Shown: positions 29,624 through 40,009 of the stretch, one piece after another
Position numbering within the stretch: position 1 is the stretch's first letter
Layout of the letters: each line of letters opens with the position of its first letter
Assembly: GCA_019057795.1 (NCBI GenBank)
Contig: JAHLWS010000079.1
Span: 1-64,000 of the forward strand
Source of the DNA: Promethearchaeota archaeon
GTDB lineage: Archaea > Asgardarchaeota > Lokiarchaeia > Sigyniarchaeales > SOKP01
Reading direction: 5' to 3'
Length of the DNA: 64,000 nucleotides
Program-made: the position numbers and the translations under genes
Notes under the pieces: model-generated
What the model saw: the letters and a program-made list of their open reading frames with translations, nothing else
What the model was told of the DNA's origin: nothing
Database searches by the model: none

Positions 29624-30073
29624 CTACTTTTCATTATTTTTTCTTAGCTTGATGATACAATAAACCAAAGCGCCGATTAGAGTCCAAAAAAAGAACGAAA
29701 TTATCCAGCCTATAGTCAAATCAAGAGTGAGAGTGCCAAACACGAAAGAAAAGCACGCAGCATATTCTAAGATGATATAAGGAACATGTCTACTCGTTTT
29801 TGATCGAAAATCGATTTTGAAAACGATATCAAGTAAGAGTTCTGCCATTAGATAACTGAGGATTAAAATGAGGTAAATGGTAAATTTCAGTTCTTTACCA
29901 GTAGCAATATAATTTATCAAAATAGCGATGATTGGAAGCATCAGAAATGCAAGGATCACACCAAATAATTTAATAGTCTTCCATTTCTTATTGGCCATCA
30001 ATAGTACTGCACTAATCATTGAAATGAAAAAAATAAAGCCTGAAACTATAAACATCCAATCGAATAAATCCAT
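29624..30073 (-). CDS. 5-TM membrane protein
   Basis: Hydrophobic; paralogue of the neighbour (ELLLD...FR...HVPYII). Confidence 0.8.
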   Translation of the reverse strand: MDLFDWMFIVSGFIFFISMISAVLLMANKKWKTIKLFGVILAFLMLPIIAILINYIATGKELKFTIYLILILSYLMAELLLDIVFKIDFRSKTSRHVPYIILEYAACFSFVFGTLTLDLTIGWIISFFFWTLIGALVYCIIKLRKNNEK

Positions 30074-30157
30074 ATTAATTTCCCTACTAATATAAAGTTA
30101 AATTCTTACATTTGCCAATATTACATCGTTTTTAAATATTAAAATCATTGACACCTT

Positions 30158-30607
30158 TTATCCCACAAACCTGTAAATCAAGCATCCCAGCAATATAAAG
30201 AATGTTACCAGTACCACAAATCCCATTTTCTTGTTTTTATCGAAAGTCACACCTATCATGCTGAAGTCAGCGGCATAAAATACTATAATGTAGGGGATAT
30301 GAAGTGCTAGTATATCTCTGAATGGAATTATGAGGATATAGTCTAATAATATTTCCAAAAAGAAATAGAATAGAATAACTACTAAAGATATGATAATCTT
30401 TTTTTCCTCCTTTTCTTTAATATATCCTATCAATGTGAGAGTGAAAGGGATTATCAGAAAAAGGATACTAATACCAATGACCTGCACGAATTCCATGTTG
30501 CCAAATTTTGTTGCAATGTACAAAATACTCACTAGAATGTTGAAAATAATAGAGGAAATAATGAAGATAATATCCATTGATTTACCTAAAGTTATTGGCT
30601 TATTCAT
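30158..30607 (-). CDS. 5-TM membrane protein (paralogue of 29624-30073)
   Basis: EILLDY...FR...HIPYII; GGAG SD. Confidence 0.8.
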   Translation of the reverse strand: MNKPITLGKSMDIIFIISSIIFNILVSILYIATKFGNMEFVQVIGISILFLIIPFTLTLIGYIKEKEEKKIIISLVVILFYFFLEILLDYILIIPFRDILALHIPYIIVFYAADFSMIGVTFDKNKKMGFVVLVTFFILLGCLIYRFVG

Positions 30608-30882
30608 TTTACTGACTCCTTTTATATAATATTCTGATCTTGAGATAAACTATCAGGTCTATAATTCTAACTCTTTATGGAATTATTATCAAAAAGTATT
30701 AATAAATGAAATGGGAGCCAATATTATTCTTTAATTTTACTTACTAGTTCGTTCTTTCAAGAATTTACTGCATTCTGGACATATAAGGGGTTTTTCAAAT
30801 TTCTTTTCAACTAAAAAGTATATTAATATATTAAATATATTAATTTTTTAACGTTTAGTATTTAAATATCGAAGCCAATAGA

Positions 30883-31143
30883 ATGTATATTGATAAGAAA
30901 AGAGAGATAAAATTGAATAAAAAAGAGTTAGAAAAGTTTTTCAAGAGATTAGCAGAGTTATTGGAAGTTAACGGCTGTAATGCCCGAGACCTATCCAATG
31001 CTCAGATAATCTTAGACGAGATGGGCGTTCCAGAAGACGAGCAAGATGAATTCTTAGAGGGATGCAGGTATGCTGGTGGATTCTGTGATTGCGAAATTTT
31101 TCTAAATGCTGAAGAATATCTAAGGGAGAAATACTCTGATTAG
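30883..31143 (+). CDS. DUF2695 family protein
   Basis: C-terminal GGFCDCEIFLN signature. Confidence 0.85.
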   Translation: MYIDKKREIKLNKKELEKFFKRLAELLEVNGCNARDLSNAQIILDEMGVPEDEQDEFLEGCRYAGGFCDCEIFLNAEEYLREKYSD

Positions 31144-31192
31144 TGATTTTTATTTATCTGTATTTGTAAATATTAATAAAATTTTTGTAGAT

Positions 31193-32266
31193 CTAGATTT
31201 TGAATAGTTGGTTAGTGAAATCAGCTATCTTACTAATGGCATCTTTAACTTCCGGAATAAGTTCGTATCTAAATCCTTGAAATACATGTGGCATATCATC
31301 CCATGATTGTAATATTGCGTTTGTTCCTGCCTTCTTAGCTTTTTCAACAAAGCGAGTAGCATCGCTATAAAGCATTTCACATGTGCTAGCTTGTACTAAT
31401 ATTGGAGGTAGTCCCTTTAAATCCGCGAACAAAGGCGAGATATATGGATTGCGAGGGTCTTCTTCAGCAAAATAGGCGACATACCACCAAAATGCTCCGA
31501 GATCAGCCATCATGGAATCGGTTTCTGCATTTTTGAAATAGGATTCATCAGCTATAGTAAAGTCTGTCGCAGGTGATAGGCAAATCGCTCCAGCAGGTAA
31601 ATCAATTCCCTGATCTCTTAATTTTAGAAGAGTGGTTAAGGTTAGATTTCCTCCGGCAGAATCTCCCGCGATGATTATATGGTCATTTTTAAAACCATTT
31701 GCTAATAACCATTTGTAAGCATCAATGCAATCTTCTAATGGTTCGGGGAATGGATGTTTTGGGGCAAGGCTATAATCTATACTGAGAATTCTTATTTTTG
31801 TAGCTTCAGTTATAGCAGCATTTAATCTCCGGCAAGTTAAAGGAGAACCCATTATCCATCCGCCCCCGTGAAGATATAGAATTACATGATCTTTTATTGG
31901 ATCTGAGGGAATAACCCACTCAGCAGGAGTTTTATCAAGCTTTATAGATTTGATTTCAATCTCCGCCGGAATGGGATAATTTTCTAATTCTAGAATTGTT
32001 GAATGTTCAAACGCATAACGATATAATCTTGTTATATAATTCCTTTCCTCGTCAGTTAATTTATCATGGAGCTCAACCATTCCAGCTTTTTTTTTAAAGA
32101 AAAGTTCATTTAAATCCAGAAGTTTTTTATAGGTTTCTTGAAAATTAAATCGCTTGTTTTCTTCGAGTTCCATAAATTGAAGCACAAATTTCATTTGTTC
32201 TTTAAACGCATCATCTTGAATTTTGAGAATATCAGGTCGAATTTTTTTTCGGTTTACAATTGGCAT
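31193..32266 (-). CDS. Hormone-sensitive-lipase family esterase
   Basis: HGGGW, DYSLAPKHPFP, GDSAGGNL, MPHVFQ. Confidence 0.95.
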   Translation of the reverse strand: MPIVNRKKIRPDILKIQDDAFKEQMKFVLQFMELEENKRFNFQETYKKLLDLNELFFKKKAGMVELHDKLTDEERNYITRLYRYAFEHSTILELENYPIPAEIEIKSIKLDKTPAEWVIPSDPIKDHVILYLHGGGWIMGSPLTCRRLNAAITEATKIRILSIDYSLAPKHPFPEPLEDCIDAYKWLLANGFKNDHIIIAGDSAGGNLTLTTLLKLRDQGIDLPAGAICLSPATDFTIADESYFKNAETDSMMADLGAFWWYVAYFAEEDPRNPYISPLFADLKGLPPILVQASTCEMLYSDATRFVEKAKKAGTNAILQSWDDMPHVFQGFRYELIPEVKDAISKIADFTNQLFKI

Positions 32267-32332
32267 TTTTTTTCCTTCCTCTCTTTTCTTAGATTTTTCA
32301 TTAGTTAGTATATAAAATAACTTTTTTGTATA

Positions 32333-32389
32333 AAAAGATTTACAGTTGAATCGACTAAGAATTCTTGAAGTTTAAAGATTAAATTTTGA
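32333..32389 (-). repeat. Diverged partial copy of the 3' half of the putative ncRNA at 40113-40250
   Basis: ~35-bp identity AAAAAGATTTACAGTTGAATCGACTAAGAATTCTT continuing into four in-register TYAA-NNN heptamers. Confidence 0.85.
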
Positions 32390-32435
32390 ATATTTTGATT
32401 AGTGATTTTTATTATTATTTACTAATTATTTAGAT

Positions 32436-32768
32436 TTATTCTAATATATCATCTATAAAAGATTTAAGTTCGGGCAGCCTTTGATGGATGGTTTTCCAAA
32501 CTAGATTTAAATCAACTTCAGAATAAGCATGAATTAATTTATCTCTCATTCCTGCAATATCTTTCCATGGAATTTTAGGATATTTCTCTTTAATCACATC
32601 AGGAACATTTTTAGTTGCTTCTCCAATAATTTCAAACTTACGAATTACAGCACTCGATGTTTTATCATCGTTTATAAATTGTTCGAAGTTCATTCCCTGA
32701 ATAAATTTCTTGATACTATCAATAGCGTTGTTTATATCCTTTAAATAAATCAAAAATTTTTCACTCAT
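32436..32768 (-). CDS. hepT: DUF86/HepT-like HEPN toxin
   Basis: AVIRKFEIIGEA, IPWKDIAGMRDKLIHAY. Confidence 0.93.
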   Translation of the reverse strand: MSEKFLIYLKDINNAIDSIKKFIQGMNFEQFINDDKTSSAVIRKFEIIGEATKNVPDVIKEKYPKIPWKDIAGMRDKLIHAYSEVDLNLVWKTIHQRLPELKSFIDDILE

Positions 32769-33057
32769 ATATAACCTCTTCGAGGATTTGTTGCTTCAAT
32801 TCTTCTTTTAAACTTGGTTTTGATATTACATCTACTTTTGTATTGAAAATTTCTTCTAAATAGCGTGAAAGCCCAACAAAATGAAATAAATCGGCATCAT
32901 TATCGAACTCTACTAAAAAATCGATATCACTAGTAGCTGTTTGATTATTACTTACATAGGACCCAAAAAGACCAATCGATTTTACTTTGTATTTTATTTT
33001 GAGTTTTTTTTTTACATTTTTAAGCTTATCGAGAATTTCTTCCTTACTTTTTACCAT
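32761..33057 (-). CDS. mntA: MntA-like nucleotidyltransferase antitoxin
   Basis: GLFGSY...SDIDFLVEF, KVDVI; overlaps hepT. Confidence 0.93.
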   Translation of the reverse strand: MVKSKEEILDKLKNVKKKLKIKYKVKSIGLFGSYVSNNQTATSDIDFLVEFDNDADLFHFVGLSRYLEEIFNTKVDVISKPSLKEELKQQILEEVIYE

Positions 33058-33184
33058 TTTACTGACCCTTTTTATATAAAACTATGATTAAGAGATTAAT
33101 TATTAAGCATATAAATTCGAACTCTTTAAAGAATTATTATTAATTAAAATTAATAAATGAGATGGAGATTAATATAAATTTTTT

Positions 33185-33243
33185 AATCATGAAATGAAAA
33201 AAATAAAGCTGGAAGCGATAAACATCCAATCGAATAAATCCAT
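33185..33243 (-). pseudogene. 5' fragment of a paralogue of the 29624-30073 gene (MDLFDWMFIASSFIFFIS)
   Basis: Near-identical to 30021-30073, with its own GGAGTG SD. Confidence 0.8.
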
Positions 33244-33261
33244 ATTATTTTCACTCCTAAT

Positions 33262-33876
33262 CTATTTTTTTTGAAGATATTTTATTGTAAAACCTAATAA
33301 ATTAGACACATAGTCAACCAAGTCCTCATCATTTTGAAATAAATCCATAAATACGATGTGGTGATAAATAATGGCATTAATAATATTATATATGAATATA
33401 AAACTCCTAATTAGCCGTTTTTTTTCTCTAGATTTAAAGAATTCGCTTGTTTCTTGTAATTCATTTACAAATCCAGTAGAAATTTCAACCACTCTTTCGT
33501 TATGAGCTTGAGCTAAACTTTCATCAGATAATATGGCAGATCTAAATGCGATATAATAAGCCTTATTCTCTTTATGGTTTCTCAATATATTTGAGACAAA
33601 CGCTCTAAATACGGTTGAAATATTTGACATATTTAATTTTTTAAATTCTTCAAGATCAAACGATGTTTCTACAGAATTTTCAAAATATCTTCTTATTATT
33701 TCTTTCTTACCCTCAGGAAAATGATGATATAGTGTTCCAATACTTATTTTAGCTTCTTTAGCTATTTTATTTGTGCTCGCTTTGTGAAAACCTTCTTCTA
33801 AAACTAATTTGAAAAAAACATCATATATTTTTTTAATGGTAGCTTCTTTATTTCTTGCTTTTTTTTTGTTTGACAT
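33262..33876 (-). CDS. TetR/AcrR family transcriptional regulator
   Basis: EEGFHKASTNKIAKEAKISIGTLYHHFP. Confidence 0.95.
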   Translation of the reverse strand: MSNKKKARNKEATIKKIYDVFFKLVLEEGFHKASTNKIAKEAKISIGTLYHHFPEGKKEIIRRYFENSVETSFDLEEFKKLNMSNISTVFRAFVSNILRNHKENKAYYIAFRSAILSDESLAQAHNERVVEISTGFVNELQETSEFFKSREKKRLIRSFIFIYNIINAIIYHHIVFMDLFQNDEDLVDYVSNLLGFTIKYLQKK

Positions 33877-33901
33877 GATATTTTATTTCATTTCATTTTT
33901 A

Positions 33902-33973
33902 ATCGAATAGTTACTCGATAATTTTATATGTAATGGGTGATATTAATAATTATCGACCGAGCACTCACTCGAT
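33902..33973. promoter_or_regulatory. Two candidate TetR operators: ATCGAAT-N4-ACTCGAT (33902-33919) and ACCGAGC-N4-ACTCGAT (33956-33973)
   Basis: Imperfect palindromes of identical geometry in the divergent TetR/target intergenic region. Confidence 0.65.
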
Positions 33974-34016
33974 TAAAATCATAAACATTAAAAAATATCA
34001 ATTAGAGGTAAAAAAA

Positions 34017-34652
34017 ATGGAAAAATTAAACAGTTTTTATGAGAAATTCCCTGGAAGTTATATAGCTTATATAGGCTTTATATTTTCAGTAGTTTTCATG
34101 TCGATTGCTATAATCTTGTATAACGATCCTAGTTTTACAATATTTACTCATTACATAAGTGATCTTGGGGCTTCTACAAGGGATTCAGCGCTATTTTGGA
34201 ATATTAGCATGATATTTACGGTTCCTATTCGACTTTTATTTGGGTTTTATATACTTAAATTCTTAGAAAAAAGGGGTGCAAATAAAAAAACTATTAAGAT
34301 TACGGCTTATTTTATGGTGATTTCTGCTATTGGTACAACTTTTATAGCATTGAATCCTCACGATATCTCACGGCTTTTCCACCTGCTTGGAGCTTTTACA
34401 TATTTTATTGGAGTTGTAGTCATTCAAATAAATATTTCTAGAATGGAGTTAAAAGTCGAAAATATACCTAAATACTTACCCTTAGTAGGATTTATCGTTG
34501 TTGCGTGTTATTTATTGTTTCTCGGTTTTGAAATTTCAGAATTAATTTCAGAATCCTTCAAACTCTTAGCCTGCTTTTTTGAATGGATGGCTTTTTTTTC
34601 ATTAATGGCTTGGTTAGTACTTCATGGGTATTATACTCAGGTAGCAAAATAA
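34017..34652 (+). CDS. DUF998/Frag1-DRAM-like membrane protein
   Basis: HYISDLG, HLLGA, FFEW; start moved to ATG 34017 after GAGGT. Confidence 0.8.
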   Translation: MEKLNSFYEKFPGSYIAYIGFIFSVVFMSIAIILYNDPSFTIFTHYISDLGASTRDSALFWNISMIFTVPIRLLFGFYILKFLEKRGANKKTIKITAYFMVISAIGTTFIALNPHDISRLFHLLGAFTYFIGVVVIQINISRMELKVENIPKYLPLVGFIVVACYLLFLGFEISELISESFKLLACFFEWMAFFSLMAWLVLHGYYTQVAK

Positions 34653-34958
34653 TTATAAAATAACTTTTTTGCTTTAAAAAAATTTGCTTGTAGTAGATGT
34701 CTGCTTTAATTGCAAAATAATAAAAGTTTACGAGCATAAGCCTAAAGTAATAAGATCATTTTAGAAATTGTTGGCTTCAATTTTTATTGTTTCAATCTTC
34801 GTTTGCGCGATCGTAGCATTTTTATACTTCCGCATTCGAAAAAAGACTTTAATTCGAAAATTGAAGGAAAAGTACCTAAATGATGATGAAGTTTAATATT
34901 TTAATATTAAAAAAAAAAGAAAAATGGTATGATTAACTACGGTTCTACCTTTTTCTTA

Positions 34959-35765
34959 TTAAAAAAAGACTAAAACAATTATTATAATCCCAAGACCGGA
35001 TCCAAGAGCGATCTTAATTACAGACCAGCTTATCGGAGAGGTTTCCGAATGGGATAATCGATCTAAAAAGGGAAAAATGGGCTTATATATTGCTGTAAGC
35101 AGAAGGTTGAATACAATTGAGGAAAAAAGGGCAATTAATCTATTATCACACACAGATAAATCAAATATTGAGGTATAAATGACTGATAATAGGAAATAAA
35201 ACGATATAGCTGTTGTTATTAGATACCTTTTCCAGAATAAATCACGATGAGAAACGTTTTCCAAAGGCAATAGGAGGAGCATAAATATACTCCCAATAAT
35301 TATAAAGACAAAACCCATAATTCCTATAATTAAGGGAGATACACCTCCGATAATGATTACTTTTCCCCAATCGGTTAAAATGGGTAATCCTGCTATATCA
35401 ATAAACATAGCCACACCTTCAGCAATGTATGCTGTTCCAGCCCACATTAATAGAGGTAAGAGTTTAGGATTCCGTATACGCCATAATGAGAGATAGACAA
35501 TCGTCGCACAGAATACATTAAAAAATGGCCCCATACACCCCGTAAATGGCTGTACTTCTGTAGGGCGATAGCCATGGGAACAATGGGATAATGAAAATGG
35601 ATGAACATGAATTTCTATATCAGTAACTCCTACTATGGTGTAAGCGAGAGCATGTCCAGTTTCGTGAAATATGAGCCCCAAACAATAACTAAACGTATAA
35701 GCTCCAAACACTAGGAGAATTGATTTAAAGGTGGATAAATTAAATATTTTTGATGATTGACTCAT
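34959..35765 (-). CDS. Membrane metallopeptidase (M50-like)
   Basis: HETGH inside a TM segment, MGPFFN, TDW. Confidence 0.75.
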   Translation of the reverse strand: MSQSSKIFNLSTFKSILLVFGAYTFSYCLGLIFHETGHALAYTIVGVTDIEIHVHPFSLSHCSHGYRPTEVQPFTGCMGPFFNVFCATIVYLSLWRIRNPKLLPLLMWAGTAYIAEGVAMFIDIAGLPILTDWGKVIIIGGVSPLIIGIMGFVFIIIGSIFMLLLLPLENVSHRDLFWKRYLITTAISFYFLLSVIYTSIFDLSVCDNRLIALFSSIVFNLLLTAIYKPIFPFLDRLSHSETSPISWSVIKIALGSGLGIIIIVLVFF

Positions 35766-36060
35766 TTTTTCTACTTTTTTATTTTTATTCTAATATGTAA
35801 TTTTTAACATCTATCTTTAAAAAAAATTAGGAGTCCAATACTTAATTATCACGATTAGCTCATTTTAATTTTCTATGAATTTCTTCTGTAAAATATTCCT
35901 AAACTTGTTCCCCATCTATTCCGATTTTGGAAGTAATGCATTTTGTCAAAAACTTTAAAGATTTTAAATCTTAGGAAGATATTTAACTATTGAGAAAGAA
36001 AACTATAAATACAATAAGAAAAAATTTTAATCATATACTAAAGATTTGAGGTATTTTCAA

Positions 36061-37164
36061 ATGTCGGAAAAGGTATGGTATAAAGCCGCTAAATTGATTG
36101 TGAGGGCAAGTGGGAATCCACTTTTCCAAGCTAATGAAACATTAGTCGAGCTCCTCCAAACGCTTTTAAATGAAGAGCAAGTGAATTTCTTGCTGAATTT
36201 TAGAAAGCCTAACTTAACATTTCAGGAGTTAAAAGAAAAAACAGGGATGAATGACACTAATCTAATGGAAATGTTAAATTCCTTAATGGATAATGGAATT
36301 CTGATGGATGTGCCGATTGAAAACACGAATATAATGGAATATCGTCTATTGGCACCAGTTGCAGATACATTTGAATATTCTCTCATTAAATTTGATCGTC
36401 CAATTGAACAAAAAAAGAAATTAGCACTGATTTACGAGAAAATGTTTAAAGAAGCAACTGAGTTGACTCAAACTAATTATGAGGGATTATTACCGATATT
36501 TAAAGATAAAATTCCTATTTTTGCCAGGATTATTCCAATCGAAAAAGAATTGATCGTACCTCAAGAAAAAGTATTACCTTTACTTGAAGCCTCTAAAATT
36601 ATAGATGAGCAAGATATAATATCGATCTCCGAATGTCCTTGTAAGCTGGAAAGAGCTCTCTTAGGCGATCCTTGTAAAACAGCAAGTGATATATATAGGT
36701 GCCTTCATTTTGGAAATTTTGGTCGTTATTTTATTGAACATAATCTTGGTAAGCCGATCTCAAAAGACGAAGCAAAGCTAATTTTAAAGGAAGCAGAAGA
36801 AGAGGGACTTGTTCATAAGATTTTTCATGATGATTTCAGTCTCGATAAGAAAGAAAATGCGATATGCAATTGCTGCAAGTGTTGTTGTATTCTTTTTCAG
36901 AGCTATTATCGTGGAGTTTTTGCCTACCATACTTTAACTTCCTACATCGCGAAAATAGATGAGAGTAAATGCGTAGGGTGTGGAATATGTGTCAAAAAAT
37001 GTCCAATCGAGGCAATTACTTTGATAGATGGGATAGCCCATGATGATGAAAACAAATGTATAGGTTGTGGAGTCTGTGTTCACCATTGTCCCGAAAATGC
37101 TAGGACCCTAGAACGAACAGAACAAAGAGAAATCTATCTTCCACCGTTAATCAAAGATCAATAA
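36061..37164 (+). CDS. 4Fe-4S dicluster protein with an N-terminal winged-helix-like region
   Basis: CPCK, ICNCCKCCC, two CxxCxxCxxxCP motifs; ATG 36061 after GAGGT. Confidence 0.9.
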   Translation: MSEKVWYKAAKLIVRASGNPLFQANETLVELLQTLLNEEQVNFLLNFRKPNLTFQELKEKTGMNDTNLMEMLNSLMDNGILMDVPIENTNIMEYRLLAPVADTFEYSLIKFDRPIEQKKKLALIYEKMFKEATELTQTNYEGLLPIFKDKIPIFARIIPIEKELIVPQEKVLPLLEASKIIDEQDIISISECPCKLERALLGDPCKTASDIYRCLHFGNFGRYFIEHNLGKPISKDEAKLILKEAEEEGLVHKIFHDDFSLDKKENAICNCCKCCCILFQSYYRGVFAYHTLTSYIAKIDESKCVGCGICVKKCPIEAITLIDGIAHDDENKCIGCGVCVHHCPENARTLERTEQREIYLPPLIKDQ

Positions 37165-37273
37165 TTTTTCCCTCGATAGTCCATTCAAGATTGAGTCCAT
37201 TAGAATGAAATCCAATGGAATTTTATTAAAAATAATCTAAAAGGAGGATAATGAGATGTTTCTTCTTTAAAAT

Positions 37274-37798
37274 CTAACGAGCCTCTACGATATCTTTAAG
37301 CGCGTCTTCAACAAAACAGTATATATCTGATGACAAATACATGACTTCATTGATTTTTTTCAGGTATTGTAGGGCTTCAGGTAGTCCAAATAAGTTACGC
37401 TTGAATAACTCTATAAGAATCCCTAACGTCCCAGAGACTTTAATGCCTAATTTACGAGCGAAGATTCTAGCTTCTTCGTCATCTAATAAAATAATTTTTA
37501 CTTTTGGTTGTAATGATATAATAATTGCATTAATTTCTCCTTCATGTAATTTTGAACTAGTTATTTCTGTATTGCTCTTTTTAATTGCTTCTACTTTAAT
37601 TTTTTCATTAATAATGGTACGTTCAAGAACAAAAGCGTCGGAGTGTCCTTGTTCTTTACCTTTTACAATTATTTCATTATACACCGATGGGGGAATTAAG
37701 ATTAAATCATAAAGCTCAAAAACTAAATCAAGTAATCCCGCTAGTGTAAGATGAATTAATGGACCTGAATTACTTACCGCTACTCTCATTGATTTCAC
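37274..37798 (-). CDS. PIN-domain protein, DUF3368 type
   Basis: VSNSGPLI, LHEGEINAI, LLDDEEAR, GTLGIL. Confidence 0.92.
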   Translation of the reverse strand: MKSMRVAVSNSGPLIHLTLAGLLDLVFELYDLILIPPSVYNEIIVKGKEQGHSDAFVLERTIINEKIKVEAIKKSNTEITSSKLHEGEINAIIISLQPKVKIILLDDEEARIFARKLGIKVSGTLGILIELFKRNLFGLPEALQYLKKINEVMYLSSDIYCFVEDALKDIVEAR

Positions 37799-38072
37799 GT
37801 TCTAATTCTTGAGTGGAAATTGGAAAGGGGACGTTTGCTTCACGTAAAATGTGTAAAAAGGAACGATAAGATTCATCACAATATTCAGCAGCTTTCCAAA
37901 CAGTCCATTCTTTCGTTCTCACCTTTTCTAAAGCTTCTTTTCTCTTTAACTCCTTGATTCCTAATTCAAGAGCTTGACGTGCAACATTAGATTTATCTGT
38001 TTTGAGTTTTTTTGCGATATTCTCAAGCTCTTCATCTTCTTTCTCATCAATGCGAACCGATAGAGTCTTCAT
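37770..38072 (-). CDS. UPF0175/RHH antitoxin
   Basis: LSVRID...DKSNVARQAL, TVWKAAE. Confidence 0.88.
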   Translation of the reverse strand: MKTLSVRIDEKEDEELENIAKKLKTDKSNVARQALELGIKELKRKEALEKVRTKEWTVWKAAEYCDESYRSFLHILREANVPFPISTQELEREINESSGK

Positions 38073-38320
38073 GACTATGTATACAATATCTTAATTTGTA
38101 TATAAATATGATTAAAAATTAAAAGATAATTTGAGAAGATAATTAATGATTCATACTATTTGGGCATAATCTAATCAAATCAGAACTTTTCTATATAGGT
38201 TATAAAATCTAACTGGAAGGAGGGTATAGCTGGGAAGTTTATTTCTTACGTTTTTTGGAGCCTTTCTCGCACCAGGTCTAACACTGTATTTAAAAGCAAA
38301 ACTGATTTTTTCATAATAAA

Positions 38321-38479
38321 TCAGTAAAAGCAGTAAGTGGCAGATGGAATTTTAGAAATAACTATATCCTGATCTTCATATTTTTTTGCCAGTTCTAGAA
38401 TGACTTTCATTTCTAAATTTCTCTCAATGATTTCATCATCCTTCATTATAACCCATTCTCCACTTAATTCTTCTGTCAT
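38321..38479 (-). CDS. DUF5678-like small protein (52 aa), missing from the ORF track
   Basis: MTEELSGEWVIMKDDEIIERNLEMKVILELAKKYEDQDIVISKIPSATYCFY; GAGTGA SD. Confidence 0.65.
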   Translation of the reverse strand: MTEELSGEWVIMKDDEIIERNLEMKVILELAKKYEDQDIVISKIPSATYCFY

Positions 38480-38704
38480 ATTCACTCAACTTGGTTTTAT
38501 TTTATTATTGAAAAGAAGTTCCCAATATATTATTATAACAGAATTATTTAACTGATAAATATTTATATCTGAAGGCTTATAATATTTTCTGAATACTTAA
38601 AAATTCAAACCAACCATGATATTGGAGAGCTTCAACGCTCTATACACTATTGATATGAAATGATATCATTAAGTATTTATGCTAGCATTGCTATATTAAT
38701 CTTA

Positions 38705-39217
38705 ATGAAAATTTTCATATATGATGCTTGCTCTCTAATTTATTTAACGAAAATTAATGTTAAAGAAAAATTAGTACAATTAGGGTCAGTAAACGTTAGT
38801 CCGATAGTAAAGAGTGAATTAATTTCAGAAAAAGAAAAATATTCTGATGCTAAAGTGCTAAAAGAAAACTTAGATAAGAAAATAATTGAAGAAATGAAAC
38901 TTGAACGAGGAATGAGTATTTTTTCAAAAGATGTAGGTAAAGGAGAAAATGAATCTATACAATTATGCTTACAAATCGATGCAACTTTAGTAACAGATGA
39001 TCACCACGCAGTAAATATAGCCTCAAATGCAGGATTAAAACCCAAAACATCAGAAATAATCTTAATTGATTTACTGAAGGAAGGGATAATAAGCTATGAA
39101 GATTTCAAAAATTATTTTAGAGAACTAGCACAAATTAAGGTATTAAAACCCGAAATTGTGCTATTTTTTACTGATACAGCTATGGAAATAGTTAAAAATA
39201 ATTCAAAAGGAGGATAA
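38705..39217 (+). CDS. PIN-domain protein
   Basis: IYDACSLI, GKGENESI, VTDD; start ATG 38705. Confidence 0.88.
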   Translation: MKIFIYDACSLIYLTKINVKEKLVQLGSVNVSPIVKSELISEKEKYSDAKVLKENLDKKIIEEMKLERGMSIFSKDVGKGENESIQLCLQIDATLVTDDHHAVNIASNAGLKPKTSEIILIDLLKEGIISYEDFKNYFRELAQIKVLKPEIVLFFTDTAMEIVKNNSKGG

Positions 39218-39221
39218 AAAA

Positions 39222-39509
39222 ATGACAAAACAGATGAATTTAAGGTTAGATGAGGAATTAATCAAGGAATTTGAAGAACTCGCCGAAAACGAAAACCTTG
39301 ACCGCTCAGCACTAATAAAGAAAGTATTAATAGAAGGAATTCAACAAGAACGATTCAATTTTGCTATAAAAAAATATGTGCTGAAAGAAATTTCACTTGA
39401 GAGAGCAGCAGAAATCGCAAAAATATCTATTCATGAGTTAATTGCCAAAATTACCCAATTAGGAATTCCATCCAATTTGACTATAGAGGATTTCAAAAAA
39501 TTAATATAA
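39222..39509 (+). CDS. UPF0175/RHH antitoxin
   Basis: Directly downstream of the PIN gene, GGAGG SD. Confidence 0.9.
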   Translation: MTKQMNLRLDEELIKEFEELAENENLDRSALIKKVLIEGIQQERFNFAIKKYVLKEISLERAAEIAKISIHELIAKITQLGIPSNLTIEDFKKLI

Positions 39510-39584
39510 TTAAAGTAGTTGACTAAATACCAAGCTTTTCCAACCAATCATTCGAATCAATACTTGAGTGTATATGGTTGAGTT

Positions 39585-39702
39585 TGCTGGTATAATCGGA
39601 TGTGAATATATTTCAAATGTAAAAAAGTATGCTGAAGACAGTTGGATTTCAGCAGATGTTATCCAAGAATATATAGAAAAGGGTGAAAAATTTGGGAGAT
39701 AA
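39585..39702 (+). pseudogene. C-terminal remnant of a PIN gene
   Basis: EYISNVKKYAEDSWISADVIQEYIEKGEKFGR*, overlapping the next antitoxin start. Confidence 0.6.
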
Positions 39703-40009
39703 AATTTCAATTATATTACCAGATGATTTAAAAGAAGAGATTGACAAATTAAGAGATTTGATTCACGAAGATCAATCCTCATTCATAAGAAAATTATTAT
39801 GGAAAAGTGTTACCCATGAAAAGTTGGAAATTGCATTAAAACAATATCTTAGTAATAAGATATCTCTGGGGAGGGCAGCTGAAAATGCTGGAATATCCAT
39901 ATGGGAAATGCTAGATGAATTAAAAAGCAGAAATATAATGTTGAATTATAAGATTTCGGAAACAGAATTAGAAATTGAAAAAATATTAAAGAAATATAAA
40001 AAAATTTAG
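39692..40009 (+). CDS. UPF0175/RHH antitoxin
   Basis: ISIILPDDL...DQSSFIRKLL, ISLGRAAENAGISIWEM; TTG start after GGGTGA. Confidence 0.88.
   Translation: MGDKISIILPDDLKEEIDKLRDLIHEDQSSFIRKLLWKSVTHEKLEIALKQYLSNKISLGRAAENAGISIWEMLDELKSRNIMLNYKISETELEIEKILKKYKKI

Noticed and set aside
38176-38320. Possible aspartic-protease remnant downstream of the DUF5678-like ORF
   Set aside because: No clear start and no DTG/DSG motif; supported only by expected gene context
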